Source of the DNA: Macrostomum lignano
Taxonomy: Eukaryota
NCBI GenBank assembly: GCA_002269645.1
Contig: NIVC01000054.1
Coordinates: forward strand, 5,142 to 69,141
Direction of reading: 5' to 3'
DNA: 64,000 nt
A model generated the notes under the pieces. The model had not been told where the DNA came from. It worked only from the letters and a program-made list of their open reading frames with translations, and made no database searches. Of this stretch, positions 1 through 46,062 are shown piece by piece (the first letter of the stretch is position 1; the number at the start of each line of letters is the position of its first letter). A program made the translations under genes and the position numbers.

Positions 1-693
1 AGAACAAATATGACTAGAGTGGATTGAAATTTGGAAAGCTAATTTACAACATATGTATGGTAAGACTGCATTTTTTACACAATAGTATTTAAATCAAAAT
101 TTGCAGTTGCTTCAATGATTGGCATGGAAACTGGCTTATTTGTGAGCTTTATAAAATGTGTCAAGTCTTTACAAATGAACTGATCCTACTATGCCAACTC
201 CCTGGCCTAAAGTATATAAATATGAAATCACAAATACATTAAATTTAATGGAAATGCATTAATTTTTAGGCAAAATGTTACAATTAAGCTGTTTCAAACA
301 TTGCATAGTAAGTGAGGTTTCCACCATTAACAGTAGGATTTTTCTGCCTATCAAACTACCAATAGGGGGGGGGGATTCCCCCCTTTTTGACAATTTTTTG
401 CTGCACCAGAATGGAGCAACGCAGGCACACAAAATTCAAGAACATAGGCTAAATTTTTGTTGCACACCTTCTCAAACAAGAATCAAGTCGCCAGCCCTCC
501 AGACTGTTGAGATATTCAACTATTCTGCCAGAAGGTTGGATTATCCCATAAGCACCAGTGTATTCAGTACACCCCTGTGTGCCAAAGTGCAGCTTTTTTA
601 AGTCTCCAAATTTTATCAGCACATTGACCACATGTGTCTGCATCAGCTCTGACTTTGTTGGTCACTGGCCTTCACCGAGACAAAGCTTCTAGA

Positions 694-1020
694 CCTTCAA
701 CAGGTGGCACCAGGTGACTATGAACATCCTGATACTAATTTCTCTAGTTTTGCTGATCAAACCTTGACAGTGGGTAAGCCTCAACTACTAGGTATCCTCA
801 GCTGGTCTCTCAAGTAGTTAGTCTTCACCTGGATGCCGTTGGCACCTTCAACAGATGACACTAGGTGACTATGAACACCCTGATGCAAATTTCTAGAGTT
901 TCACCAATCAAGACTTGACAGTGGGCAAGCCTTAATTTCTGGACACTTTCAGCTAGTCTCACGAGCATTTAGCCATCACTTGGACCCCATTGGCGCCTTC
1001 AATAGGTGACTATGGACATC
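694..1020. repeat. Degenerate ~151-bp tandem repeat (2+ copies)
   Basis: ccttcaa..ggtgactatg(a/g)acat motif recurs at ~694, ~845 and ~996. Confidence 0.6.
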
Positions 1021-1560
1021 CTTTTGCAACTATGTCAGGTTTTTCTTATCAAGCTTCAATAATGATAAGATTGAGAAGGTGTGCGACAAAAAGTTAGCCC
1101 ATGTTCTTGAATTTTGTGTGCCTATATTGCTCTGTTCCAGTGTAGCAAAAAATTGACAGGTGGGGGGGGGAATTTTCTTCCTAGTTTTACTGTTAAGATA
1201 TTTAATTCATCTAAAGGCAGGTGGCAGCTAAGCTGCCTAGCCAAAACTGGACTTGTATTGCCACTTGCCTATCACATTAAGTCAGCTATGGCAAGGAGGC
1301 ACATTTTCTATTTTAAGCTGCATTTTCTAGGAACTTAATAAGCACCCCTCATAAAACAACAAAAGTAAACTATTTGCATTTTTGTTTTAAAAAATCACAA
1401 CTTTTAATTCATAAAAACAGATTTTTTATGGTATATCATTTTTTTCAAAAAAATGATTATATCTCTTAATATAGGTAGCACTAAAATGAGTTGAATTTTT
1501 GGCACCAATTTTTAATCAGTTTGAATTCAATATATTTATATTGATGTCTAGATATCTATG

Positions 1561-1965
1561 CAGTAGTGAGCCAGGGGGGATATAAGAATATATCACCCCA
1601 TCTTGATGAGTTATAAGAAACAAAAATGAGGTTTTTTGATAAAAAAATGCAAAATACAGTGGCTTAGACTTAGCAAAATTCCCAAAAATTGGCCCATTTC
1701 ACTTGTAAATTACTAATAAAATGTTTTAAATGATATTTCAGCAAATCCCTACCCTAGTTTTTAAAGGCTAAAATACCTTAGTCAAGACAGATATCTGCTG
1801 GCTTTATTTTGATTTCAACAAAGTAAAGTTTTTTAGCCTAAAAACATGGTTTTTGTACCTTCTTAAATGTATATTTTAAGCATAAATTGCAAAAAAACTA
1901 TTGAATCAGTCTAAAACTTTGTCCCTTAAAGTAACCCCCTTTTCAAAATCCTAGCTTTGCCACTA
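1561..1965. mobile_element. Degenerate hAT-like non-autonomous element (MITE remnant)
   Basis: Imperfect inverted ends (cagtagtgagccaggggg ... cccccttttcaaaatcctagctttgccacta). Flanks tatctatg/tatctgtt look like a decayed 8-bp TSD (6/8). Confidence 0.45.
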
Positions 1966-2258
1966 TATCTGTTATATTTAGAATATTGGTATCCAACCTA
2001 GGGCACTTTATTATATACTAAGAGTAAGATGCTAGCTAAATAGTGACCAACTCATTGAATAGTACCAGCGAGCTTATTTGACCAGCGTAAGCACTGCCAC
2101 ATTAAAATATTGCTATCTAATAAATGTAAAATGTCTTGTTATCAGCAATTAGGCATACTTGCTAATTGCTGTTTTAGAATTTAGTTAAATTTTAAAACAA
2201 AAAAATTGCAGAATTGGTACTAGAAAATTCTGCAGTAAATATTAAATATTTAGAGTAC

Positions 2259-2399
2259 CTGAGTGCGCAGATTCTTTTCGTTTTCTAGCTCAGCACCTTT
2301 GGTAGAAAGTTCATCCTGAACAGAATCCAGATCATTTTTCAGTGCCTGCAATCTCTGCTTCAGTGAAGCTAGAACAGATTCCTTATTGTTTGTCGTCAT
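2259..2399 (-). CDS. Tropomyosin alternative first exon (exon 1b type, short/cytoskeletal isoform)
   Basis: ATG at 2399; 47 codons MTTNNKESVLASLKQRLQALKNDLDSVQDELSTKGAELENEKNLRTQ, then phase-0 donor CAG|gtactc. Heptad pattern resembles tropomyosin exon 1b. Missed by the ORF track because it is <60 aa. Confidence 0.75.
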
Positions 2400-4319
2400 T
2401 GTAACTGATATAGCTAAAATAAGCACAAAGCTATATAACTATATAAAGAAAGTTTTAGAAGGATAATTATTTAGGAAAGAACGTTCTTTACTACTTTTTT
2501 ATTGCTGATTCTTGTTCCGCAGTTTCTAGGAATATTTTAATGCTTGAAAATTTTTTAGTGCCTTTAAAACAAAAAAACAACCTTTAGTGGCTTTTAAAGC
2601 CATTAAGTAGCAGTTAGAATGACATGAATCGACCAAGTTATATTATTCGTTTTAAGAATTTTTGAAAGATTTTTTTAATGTGCATACAAGCACCTTTATA
2701 AATATTGGTTTGTTAATTCAAATTTCAAAGCGTAAAACTAAATGGATGGAACTTGCACCCAATATCGCTCATCTGAACTCCGTAGCAGATTTTTATATTT
2801 CCGTCCTATTACTTCCCCGTAAAAAAATTGGACTTCCACCGACGTACCCGACGTCGATGGATGTCTATTAGCAATGGGTACTTCTTTAATACGCCTTACG
2901 CGAGATGCCAGGGTACAGTTACTAGCAATTTCATTATTTTGCATTTTGTTCACTTTTTGCCGTCTTGAATGCATATGTACACCTCAGTAATTTCTGATAT
3001 AATATTGATGAACGTCTGGTAAACTACTTAACTCATTTAGAATTGTCGAACTCTGATTCTTGTATTACATTTTCATTCTGGGCCATCCCCCCATAAGCCC
3101 TAAAGACACAAATTTTAACGTAGGGAAACAATATTTCTTGATGACTAAATTATATGTCCCGATTCGAACGTCTGGTTAAGCCTATAAAAATCCGGATCAT
3201 TTTGCATGTACATGCATCAAGGACCTCTGAAGTCACTTCGTTACACAGGACGTAACTCTCCGGAATAGTGGATAATTTTTGATGGGTAAATTCACGATGC
3301 TATGCTTAGCGATTTTTTTCATATGATAGCAACTCCACATGTATATAAGTGAATAATAGAGGATGAATTTGACAGGAAAACATTATTTTTTACTATATAA
3401 ATGACTTTTCTGGTGTTTTATAACGTCTATTTATTGCGTTGAATTGAGTTTCTTGAGTGCAAACTGAGTATTACTATACGTTTAGTGTTACGAGGAGTTC
3501 CACTCGTTGAGACTAAAATTTAAGGTGGGATGGGATTATGGTGGCCCAGTCCCAGTTGTGACAGAATCCCTGAATAGGTAAATATATTCTTCAAAGCAGT
3601 CTGTTCTTTAAGTTTTGTAATCTGCCTAATCAGTGTACGTACGATACTGCATTTTATGCTTCTGTGTATTCATTTTCGTTCGAATTCGTTGTGTTTTGAT
3701 GTTTTTTTCAAGCAATATTATTTTTACTGATCTATGAAATGCAATTGTTTCCGGTTATGTTTACAATGAGTTTATGTTCTTTGTTTTTACATTTTTCAAC
3801 ATTCATTTGTTTCCAATTGCCTTCCATAAATATACTACTTTTTGTTCCCTTCTTTGTCACAAAAACTGACCTTAAAATCATCTTGTTTCTTACACTGACT
3901 CGAAGTCAGAGGTCAAAAGGTTAGCTAATTGAACTGACTATGAGCATTACTTTTTTACTGGTTAATAAACGTGGTGTGTGTTGCTTTCCACTGCCAAAAA
4001 GAAGTCAAGATTTTGCATTGAAAGGCATGCAATCTACGGGGTTACTGTACTAAAAAGTCAATTCTTTCGTATTCTGGGGGGGGAATAAATAAAAGGCCAT
4101 GCAGCAATCGAAAGAGCACAGAAATCTGCCCGATTCATCAATCCGTTTAGACGTGCCACAATTGCAAAATTTGGCCTTCAAAAAATTTTCCACGATTTTG
4201 GAGTGTTCAGTCCTTCTACTTAAGTAGTCCTTGACATGCATGAGCTAAATTAGTTTTGGTTTTGCCACTGGTAAAAGGCTTTAACATCACAAAAATGATT
4301 ATATATATAATGGACTTAC

Positions 4320-4650
4320 ATCGCTGGCTCGCTTCTCTGTTCCCTCCAAATTGGTGTTAGTGGTGGTGAGAGACTCCTGGGCGGTGTCGAGATCCTGCTG
4401 CAGCTGCTGGAACTTCTTCTGCATCTCGCCCATCTCCTCTTCCTTCTTGGCCATCTCAGCCTCCTTCTCCTTCAGCTTGGTCTCCAGCTGGTCGGCCCTG
4501 AAATGATTTTGTAAATAAAATACAGTTGTTCATCATTGCGTCTTGGTGGAACGATTCAAAAGCAAAAAATAATATGCAAACCACGTACGCGTCAACGGCA
4601 TTCTCCTTCTCTAGCTTCATCACCAGCATCTTCTTCTTGATGGCGTCCAT
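4320..4650 (-). CDS. Tpm: Tropomyosin (long/muscle isoform), coding exons 4650-4589 and 4497-4320; rest of gene lies left of the window
   Basis: MDAIKKKMLVMKLEKENAVDA|ADQLETKLKEKEAEMAKKEEEMGEMQKKFQQLQQDLDTAQESLTTTNTNLEGTEKRASD. GT-AG intron 4588-4498; 80 codons then phase-0 donor gtaagt, the usual tropomyosin exon boundary at residue 80. Confidence 0.93.
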
Positions 4651-5555
4651 CTCTTGTTAAACTTTTTCAATTAGTCGAATAAATTAAAACTAAAACGAGT
4701 TGATTCTCGAAGACCCGAACCGAAAATGCTGAAATGCGATCCGAAGGCTGAGATGAACAGACGGGGGCTTCAGGAGCGACTGCAGGAGACTGAGAGGTAG
4801 AGAGGGCCAACTGCCGTTCCTGTGGATGCAGCATTTTATAACGGCCGATCCTCCGCAATGGGAAGCGGAGGGGGGCTGAAAGGAAGGTCGGGAGTACCAA
4901 AGGAGGGGGTTGGGCGCGTTCACCAAAATGTTGGACCTGAAGCAGGCTTTAGCGAATGCCATCCATTCAAGCAGTCCCAGAATTCCGCTTTGACCCCCGG
5001 GAGGCCTGCAGCCTCTCTCTGCCTTGCACCACCGGCAAGGAGCAAAACTTTCGCTTAGGAACGTTCGAAACTCTCCCTCTGCAGCCCACGCACCTCCTGA
5101 AAGCCAGCAATCGATAGTCGCTGATAGCGCTTCTGCCCCCTCTTTCTCTCTGACTGGATCTGATCTGCTTCATGGCATTTAAGCCACAGATTCAGGCAGC
5201 GAATAGATTGGGACGCAGCTTGCATTGCGCCAATGAACATTCAGTCGTACAGGGACCTCCTAGCCAGACTGAAGACTCCAGCATCTGCGCAGCTACCGCA
5301 TTTTGGGTTGCAGCACTCTTGTCAGGCCTTCCCCGCTGCATGGGTCCGTTGTAGCTGCACACTGTCGTCCTGTCCTGCATGTCCTTTGCCTCGACTGCTG
5401 GGGAAGGAAACTGCAGTGGAAACGGCGCCGGTTGCAGTCAAAATCGAAGCTCTTTTTGCTTAAGCATTCAGCGGAATCTTATAGCAACAACTGTTTTATA
5501 ATGTCTTTACTTTAGACGGCGGTGCCTGGCTGGCATGAAAAAATATTGTTTAAGA

Positions 5556-6290
5556 ACAGGACGAGCTCGAACAGTGTCACAAAATGGTTGAAGGACGAGC
5601 TCAAAGAGTGTCAGAGAACGGTTGTAGGACGAGCTCAAAGAGTGTCAGAGAATGGTTGTAGGACGAGCTCAAAGAGTATTAGAGAATGGTTGTAGGACGA
5701 GCTCAAAGAGTGTCAGAGAACGGTTGTAGGACGAGCTCGAAGAGTGTCACAAAATGGTTGAAGGACGAGCTCAAAGAGTGTCAGAGAATGGTTGTAGGAC
5801 GAGCTCAAAGAGTATTAGAGAATGGTTGTAGGACGAGCTCAAAGAGTGTCAGAGAACGGTTGTAGGACGAGCTCGAAGAGTGTCACAAAATGGTTGAAGG
5901 ACGAGCTCAAAGAGTGTCAGAGAATGGTTGTAGGACGAGCTCAAAGAGTATTAGAGAATGGTTGTAGGACGAGCTCAAAGAGTATTAGAGAATGGTTGTA
6001 GGACGAGCTCAAAGAGCGTCACAAAATGGTTGACGGACGAGCTCAGAGTGTCAGAGAATGGTTTTAGGACGAGCTTAAAGAGTATTAGAGAATGGTTGTA
6101 GGACGACCTCAGAGTGTCAGAGAATGGTTGTAGGACGAGCTCGAAGAGTGTCACAAAATGGTTGAAGGACGAGCTCGAAGAGTGTCAGAGAACGGTTGTA
6201 GGACGAGCTCGAAGAGTGTCAGAGAATGGTTGTAGGACGAGCTCGAAGAGTGTCAGAGAACGGTTGTAGGACGAGCTCAAAGTGTCAGAG
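5556..6290. repeat. 34-bp minisatellite
   Basis: Unit ggttgtaggacgagctcaaagagtgtcagagaat, ~21 copies with recurring variants. Confidence 0.95.
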
Positions 6291-6639
6291 AACTGTCAAG
6301 TTAAGCCTTACAGGCCACTTCATCGATAGAGATTTTGCTGTAGCAATGTTATGTAGCAGAAAACGAGTTCTGATGAGGTGCAAAGAATTAATTGACCCTA
6401 GGACTCAATTACTCAAAGTCGCCGAATTTGTAATTATATTATAACAAACAATTAACCGATCAATCAATAGTTGACTTGCAATACAGACTCCTTTCTATTT
6501 ATTTAAATTAAAATTTATTCAGATAAAACACAGATTTACGAATATGCGGCGTGGGGGACAGCAAGCGAATGAACTGACAAAACAGGTCTGGTGAGCGCAG
6601 CGGGTGCTGAGTTTGCTGCTGGCAATAAGATAGCTGCTT

Positions 6640-6975
6640 TCTTGGAGGTGGACACAGATGGGAAGAGGCGAACAGAAATGGTGAGAGGTGGACAGAGATG
6701 CTGAGAGGTGGGCAGAGATGCTGAGAGGTGGACAGAGATGCTGAGAGGTGGGCAGAGATGCTGAGAGGTGGGCAGAGATGCTGAGAGGTGGACAGAGATG
6801 CTGAGAGGTGGGCAGAGATGGGGGGAGGTGGACAGAGATACTGAGAGGTGGGCAGAGATGCTGAGAGGTGGACAGAGATGCTGAGAGGTGGACAGAGATG
6901 CTGAGAGGTGGGCAGAGATGGGGGGAGGTGGACAGAGATACTGAGAGGTGGGCAGAGATGGGGAGAGGTGGACAG
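6640..6975. repeat. 20-bp minisatellite
   Basis: Unit gctgagaggtggacagagat. Confidence 0.95.
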
Positions 6976-7651
6976 GAGTGCAATCAAAATCCCAAAACCA
7001 TAAGGTTAGCTGAAATTAGAAGCTGCAATCAAACGAGACGAGATTAGCGATAAAATATTCGTCTAACGCAAAAGTGCAATTGAAACGAACAAATTAAAAG
7101 ACAAAAGTACAAATAAAAAATAAAATAAAAACCTCTTTCACGCATAAATAATATGTGATAAATATTAACTATCACTGTTTCTACAATAATAAAAAAAGAA
7201 TCCAAATTTGAAACAAAGAGATACTATAAATAATCAAGTATTGAATAGCGGTGGTTTAACAGAATGAGTGCTATAGAACTTTGAGTACACACACACAGAG
7301 AGAGTCCGCAAGCTGTTGTCAGCCAGGGACAGCTTGAGACGCGGATTGAACAGGTGTTTTATCGCGTACATGCAGTCCGCAAAAGCCCACGGCCCAGGAA
7401 GCACAGGGAGAGACCAGAGATGGGTCAAAATGAAACCCTAATAGAGCCCCGATTTTGCACACGGACAGGAGTGTCGCACAGGATAGCAGGTAGGGTAATA
7501 ATGATAATAGTATATTTATATAAACTATAATTAAACAATAGTATTAAAGACCTAGCCTAGCACGAGACTTCGAATCTGTGAGAGTTACTAAGGGGGGGGG
7601 GTTAACCAGCTGCTGGAGGATTTATGAGCAGCTCCGCGGGTTGTCCGTCCG

Positions 7652-40661
<33,010 letters not shown>

Positions 40662-41483
40662 CTTTATATGGGTCTGCTGTCTCTCTCTCTCTCTCTCTCT
40701 TTCAGCAAACTGGACTGATGGGGCAGCGTTTGGAAGCTGGAAGGCTACTGCTCTCTCTCTCTCTCTCTCTCTGTGTGCTGTGCTGTGCGTGCACGCCTGT
40801 GTGTCAGCCTTGCCGGTTGCCAATCAATGGGGCAGGAGCCCCTGGGGGGGGGGGCGCACAAATGGAGTTGAAGAGAAAAGTAAAAAAAAGGGCAGCAAAA
40901 TTTAGCGCCTAAAAAAACTGCCCGGGCTGGGGGATGCGCCGTCTGGTCCTCGAATGGCGGCGCTTACTTATTATTGCGAGCGATCTCTCTCAGAGAGTGC
41001 ACTGTGTGCGCTCGAATAGCCTCCAGTGAGGGACTGGGGTTGGAAAACAGTCTATATTAACTACTGGTGAAGAAATTGTCTCCTAAAAGCTGCAGATGGA
41101 GCTGCTGATCGAGTCTTGACAAAAAAGCGATGCCTGACGTGAATTCAATTCAGCGGCTGGGCTGGGTGTCTTCTCCGTCTTGAGATCTGTTAATTTTCCT
41201 CCGCTAGACTTTTTTATACACCCAGCTAGCTGACAGGGCCGAAGCTCAGGCCACATGGCACTCCCCCGGTTCCCCCTTCATGTGCAAGTGAGCGAGAGAG
41301 CCAGAGGGAGGGCCTGGCCAAGGTGGAATTGGTCAGAATCCGCTGCGCCGAATCAAATCTAACTTAGAAGAAGTTTCTCTTCAGTTTAGCTCTTCATCGC
41401 ACCCCAGAGCCCGGGCACGGCAGATGCGGGCTAACAGTCTCAGAAAGAATCATTTTTAATCAAATTTACACAAAGCAAATCAG

Positions 41484-41495
41484 TGACGTCACGTG
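41484..41495. promoter_or_regulatory. Overlapping CRE (TGACGTCA) and E-box (CACGTG) upstream of PDE2
   Basis: gtgacgtcacgtga at the edge of the GC-rich region, ~0.8 kb upstream of the ATG; motif match only. Confidence 0.35.
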
Positions 41496-43609
41496 ATTTT
41501 TTCAAGAATCAACAAGAGATAGCGCCCGTACTTTTTGAATGTGCGAAATCGGGTCGCAATTTAACACAGACTACTACTGCCAAAAGTGTTAGTAGGGTGA
41601 AGCGCATCTACTCAGAAAAAATATAAATAGAATCTCAATTGAAACAATTCACTAATTTCTAATACTAGCATAATTATCTTTTATCAAAGGTGGTAGATGT
41701 GGCGGACAGTTGTTACATGAATATCACAGGTTTCGGTTCAATAAATTAATGCTACAACAAGTAGGGAGCGATAAATGGCATAATAAAATTAATTGTATTA
41801 ACATAATTTGGCATTTAAAGATTTGAAATTTAATATAGGTGGAATATATAATCGTTGATCTATGCAGAATTTGTAGAAACTATAAAACCACAGCTGCTAC
41901 ATAGTAAAAATTGAAGGCTTTGCCCTGAAAATTATTAAAGAAAGTATAATACTACTGCCTCGAAAAGATGACACTGGCACGACAAATGGTTGGAGTAAAG
42001 TGTGGGAAACTCAACACAGCTAGGCAATTAAGGATAAGTTGAGTACCAAGGAACTGATTATGTGCTGGTGAGAACTTTTATATTAATTGTAAAAAGACAT
42101 GTTGACTAAGTAATTGTAGAGACTAGACTTCATAATAGCTACCAAAATACTAACATATAAGTAAGCCAATACTCAAAGCTGCAGACAAGCCATGGCTCTA
42201 TGCAAAAATTTACATTTGCTGACAAGCTGAAATGTCTTACTTTTGGCCTGCAATTTTAATAGTAGAGAAGAAGGGATGATAGAAAGATTGAATAAGCCAG
42301 CTCAATTGTAACTCAGTACAAAACTAATGTGTACTTGATTAGTTGGCTGATATTCGTCCATGTTAATAATTTGCAGTTGGTGCATTTCCACACAAATTAG
42401 AATAAAATGAAGGCTAAAATACAATGAATTTCTTACCAATAGAGCTGTCCAGTTTGATGGCATTTTAATGACTTTGCTCTTGTAGTTTATCTAATAGCAT
42501 CAGACAATAGGGGAGTCAGACAGCCCTGAAATTTTTGTTGACAAAATTATGAACCACACATAATATTTAAAGGGTATTTTAAAGCAGGAAAAATTTTAAC
42601 AATAATGTTCTATTATATTGTTACAAGCATACTAGCTATAGATGCTTTATTAATATTATATATATAAGCATTCAAATTCATGTTTTAGTTCAGTGATATT
42701 AAATCTTAAATATTTATTTTTATAAACAACAACAACTTTTCAGTTTTAACATTTATACACAAAGGCCATAAATAAAATTCACCACAACCGTAATAAAGTC
42801 AATGAATTATGGATATTATAAAAAATTCTACCATCTTATGTACATAGAACTATCTATCTTTTACTAATAATCAGTTCAGTGTCATGGAAGCAAGAATCAG
42901 ACGAGGCATATATTTAATCCAAGTTTTAAAAAATAGTTCTAGGTATTCATTTTGAATAAAAAATTAAATTCAACGCAATTAGCAATTTTATATGTTAATT
43001 AAAAGGCCAACATGCCAGCTACAATTGACCCAACATTTTCTTACAGTTAATAACAGGTAAAGAGGTAAACTTTAAATTCTACAGATACAATTACCGTTCC
43101 TTTGTAAATACCATCCTGCTTATTTATAATTCTTGGATTCATGGATTGTTATCCTTTGTATAAAGTTCTCGTTCAGACCTGTATTCGACTATTTCTTCGA
43201 TGTTTCTATGATACACGAAATTTCATAAATATTATGAATTGGAAAATAAAGCAGCTTAAATTCAGGCCAGAAACAAAATTTGAACCTAAAATACAATTAA
43301 AAACATAAAAATATAATAGAGAAAACAAAACTGCGTGTTAGCTACTTTTGAACTGAACTATTTGTTTTAAAGTTGTTTTATCTTTTAATTTAGTAAAAAC
43401 TTGTTGATAAGTTGCAATGGACACATTCGCCACATGTCGTTCCGCGTCCTACTCGTAATAGAAAGTATCCACTGCAATAAAAACTTTTTGCCCTTCTTCC
43501 TTTACTGGAAAGAGCATGCATAAAAAAATTGCATAATATAACTCATGGCCATAGCATAAGCTTATCGAGGACCATTAGGCATTAAACAGAATTGCGTTAC
43601 AAAAGTATC

Positions 43610-43683
43610 TGGCCGGGGAGGGGCTCGAACCCTCGACCTTCGCGTTATCAGCACGACGCTCTAACCAACTGAGCTACTCGGCC
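43610..43683 (-). tRNA. tRNA-Ile, anticodon GAU (eukaryotic-type body)
   Basis: GGCCGAG TA GCTC AGTTGGTTA GAGC G TCGTG CTGATAA CGCGA AGGTC GAGGG TTCGAGC CCCTC CCCGGCC A. Full cloverleaf with one A6:C67 mismatch; A and B boxes intact; TTTT 5 nt downstream. Confidence 0.93.
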
Positions 43684-44282
43684 TTGCAAATGCCGACCTT
43701 TTTGTATCCGATATATACAATATACGATCATTTCAAATGATTTTAATAATTATTTTAGTTAGTTTGTCTGACAGGTCGAGCTGTCGAGCAGTTGTTAGTA
43801 GCTAGTTACAGCAAACAGCAGCTGAATTGCCTGAATCGACTGCTAGCGTTGCACCACCCTCAGCCTCAGGGAACGAGTGGCATTCTCTGAGCTGCGTAAA
43901 CAAATAAAAATAAATGGTGGAAGTCTCGGCTCTGTACAAGCCATAAACAGCCCTCCGCTTCTCGAATAAGCTGTTAGCTGCATACCTGGCCACTTTTGCA
44001 GAGTGTTCAAGCTAGTTCAGACTTTTTCAAACCTTTAAGGTTGTATCTTGAATCCTTAAAGTGGCGCTCAACATGCCACCAGTGAGTGCCACGTCTAGCG
44101 GAATGGGCGCCCGCGCCTTCCCGCTGTGTCCCCTCCGGGACAGCCCTGCAGCTAAGTAAAGAGTGCCACGTCAACCTGCTGTTCGAGCCAGCTGTCAGCT
44201 TCCAAGCCAGCTTAAAGCAGGACGGTCTGGACCATTGCCTGAGAAAATACCGGCCTCTGGCAGTCTGGTAAGCTTGAAAGAC

Positions 44283-44460
44283 AACAACAACAACAAACAA
44301 CAACAACAAACAAACAAAAACAACAACAAAAACAAATAAAGACAACAACAGCAACATCAACAGTACCAACAACAACAAAAACAACAAAAACGGCAGCAGT
44401 AAGCAATTAGCAACAAGAATAACAGCATCACAGCAACAACAACCACACAACAAAAACAAC
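44283..44460. repeat. (CAA)n-rich low-complexity tract
   Basis: caa/caac repeats. Confidence 0.85.
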
Positions 44461-44493
44461 AAGACAGAATTTTACTGGAGCGCCACTTCATTT

Positions 44494-44886
44494 GAGCACC
44501 AGAGGCGCCAGCACCAGAGGCGCCAGCACCAGAGGCGCCAGCACCAGAGGCGCCAGCACCAGAGGCGCCAGCACCAGAGGCGCCAGCACCAGAGGCGCCA
44601 GCACCAGAGGCGCCAGCACCAGAGGCGCCAGCACCAGAGGCGCCAGCACCAGAGGCGCCAGCACCAGAGGCGCCAGCACCAGAGGCGCCAGCACCAGAGG
44701 CGCCAGCACCAGAGGCGCCAGCACCAGAGGCGCCAGCACCAGAGGCGCCAGCACCAGAGGCGCCAGCACCAGAGGCGCCAGCACCAGAGGCGCCAGCACC
44801 AGAGGCGCCAGCACCAGAGGCGCCAGCACCAGAGGCGCCAGCACCAGAGGCGCCAGCACCAGAGGCGCCAGGACCAGAGGCGCCAG
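44494..44886. repeat. Near-perfect 15-bp minisatellite (~26 copies)
   Basis: Unit gcaccagaggcgcca. Confidence 0.98.
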
Positions 44887-45674
44887 CCGAGAGACTACTG
44901 CATGGAACTCCATGGGAATGAAAAGTTCGCATTCTTGAACATTGCCTATACCTGCAGTCTTACAAACAAACCTGTCACGGTCAAGGGGCCTGGAATTTCC
45001 ACCTCCTCTGTAGTCATGCAGCCAGTCGTACTTTGGCTGAAAGTGACAGCCTTTTTCAGCCACAGAGCTTCCGGCACAGTTATCTGCACAGTGCTTGACT
45101 GTGGTTGTCAATTCTATATGGCTGCAGTTGCTCCGATAAGATGGCAGCGAAAAAGATTAGTTATTCTGTTTAGAGAAGTCTCCCTCACTTCGGAGTTACC
45201 AAGGATGCTTGGAACTGACTTTTTTCTGGGTATGGAAGCTTTTTACGTTGGAATATACCAATATTGATGGGCTGCAGAGGGCAGAAATGAGCTATAATGC
45301 CGAGGCGTGTTAGTTCGTTTCGGCCCGATGCGGCCCATCCATATTAGTGTTATAGTTAGCGGGCAAAAAACCGCGTTTCACGGCCCGCTGAGACTGTCTA
45401 TGGCAAAATCAGAAGACAGCGGGGTCAAGGGCACAGTCACGAGTGCGGGAATGTATAATTCTTGAACGCTTACGAGTGCGTCAATGGCAAAAGCACGAGT
45501 GCGCGAAGTGCGCGAAACGACTGCCACCCCTTTGCAGGCGATCTCTGCCTTGTCCTTGTCCTTTGGATGTTCACGTGCTTTGATCACAAGCCAATGGCAC
45601 TCTTTCGACAGCCTAGCATATAGTCCACAATGCTGGGGCTGATCTTGCTCCTCTGCAGCAGTTGCAAATGCAGC

Positions 45675-46062
45675 TGGACCAAATTGATGCTTGTTGGACC
45701 AAATTGATGCTTGTTGGACCAAATTGATGCTTGTTGGACCAAATTGATGCTTGTTGGACCAAATTGATCCTTGTTGGACCAAATTGATGCTTGTTGGACC
45801 AAATTGATGCTTGTTGGACCAAATTGATGCTTGTTGGACCAAATTGATGCTTGTTGGACCAAATTGATGCTTGTTGGACCAAATTGATGCTTGTTGGACC
45901 AAATTGATGCTTGTTGGACCAAATTGATCCTTGTTGGACCAAATTGATGCTTGTTGGACCAAATTAATGCTTGTTGGACCAAATTGATGCTTGTTGGACC
46001 AAATTGATGCTTGTTGGACCAAATTGATGCTTGTTGGACCAAATTGATGCTTGTTGGACTAA
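45675..46062. repeat. 20-bp minisatellite
   Basis: Unit ttggaccaaattgatgcttg. Confidence 0.97.

Noticed and set aside
41600-43500. AT-rich stretch upstream of PDE2
   Set aside because: No ORFs, repeats or RNA motifs recognised; ordinary intergenic DNA.
43610-43683. tRNA-Ile(GAU) as a NUMT or bacterial contaminant
   Set aside because: The body sequence is eukaryotic cytosolic type, CCA is not encoded, there is a Pol III terminator, and no neighbouring organellar or bacterial genes are present.
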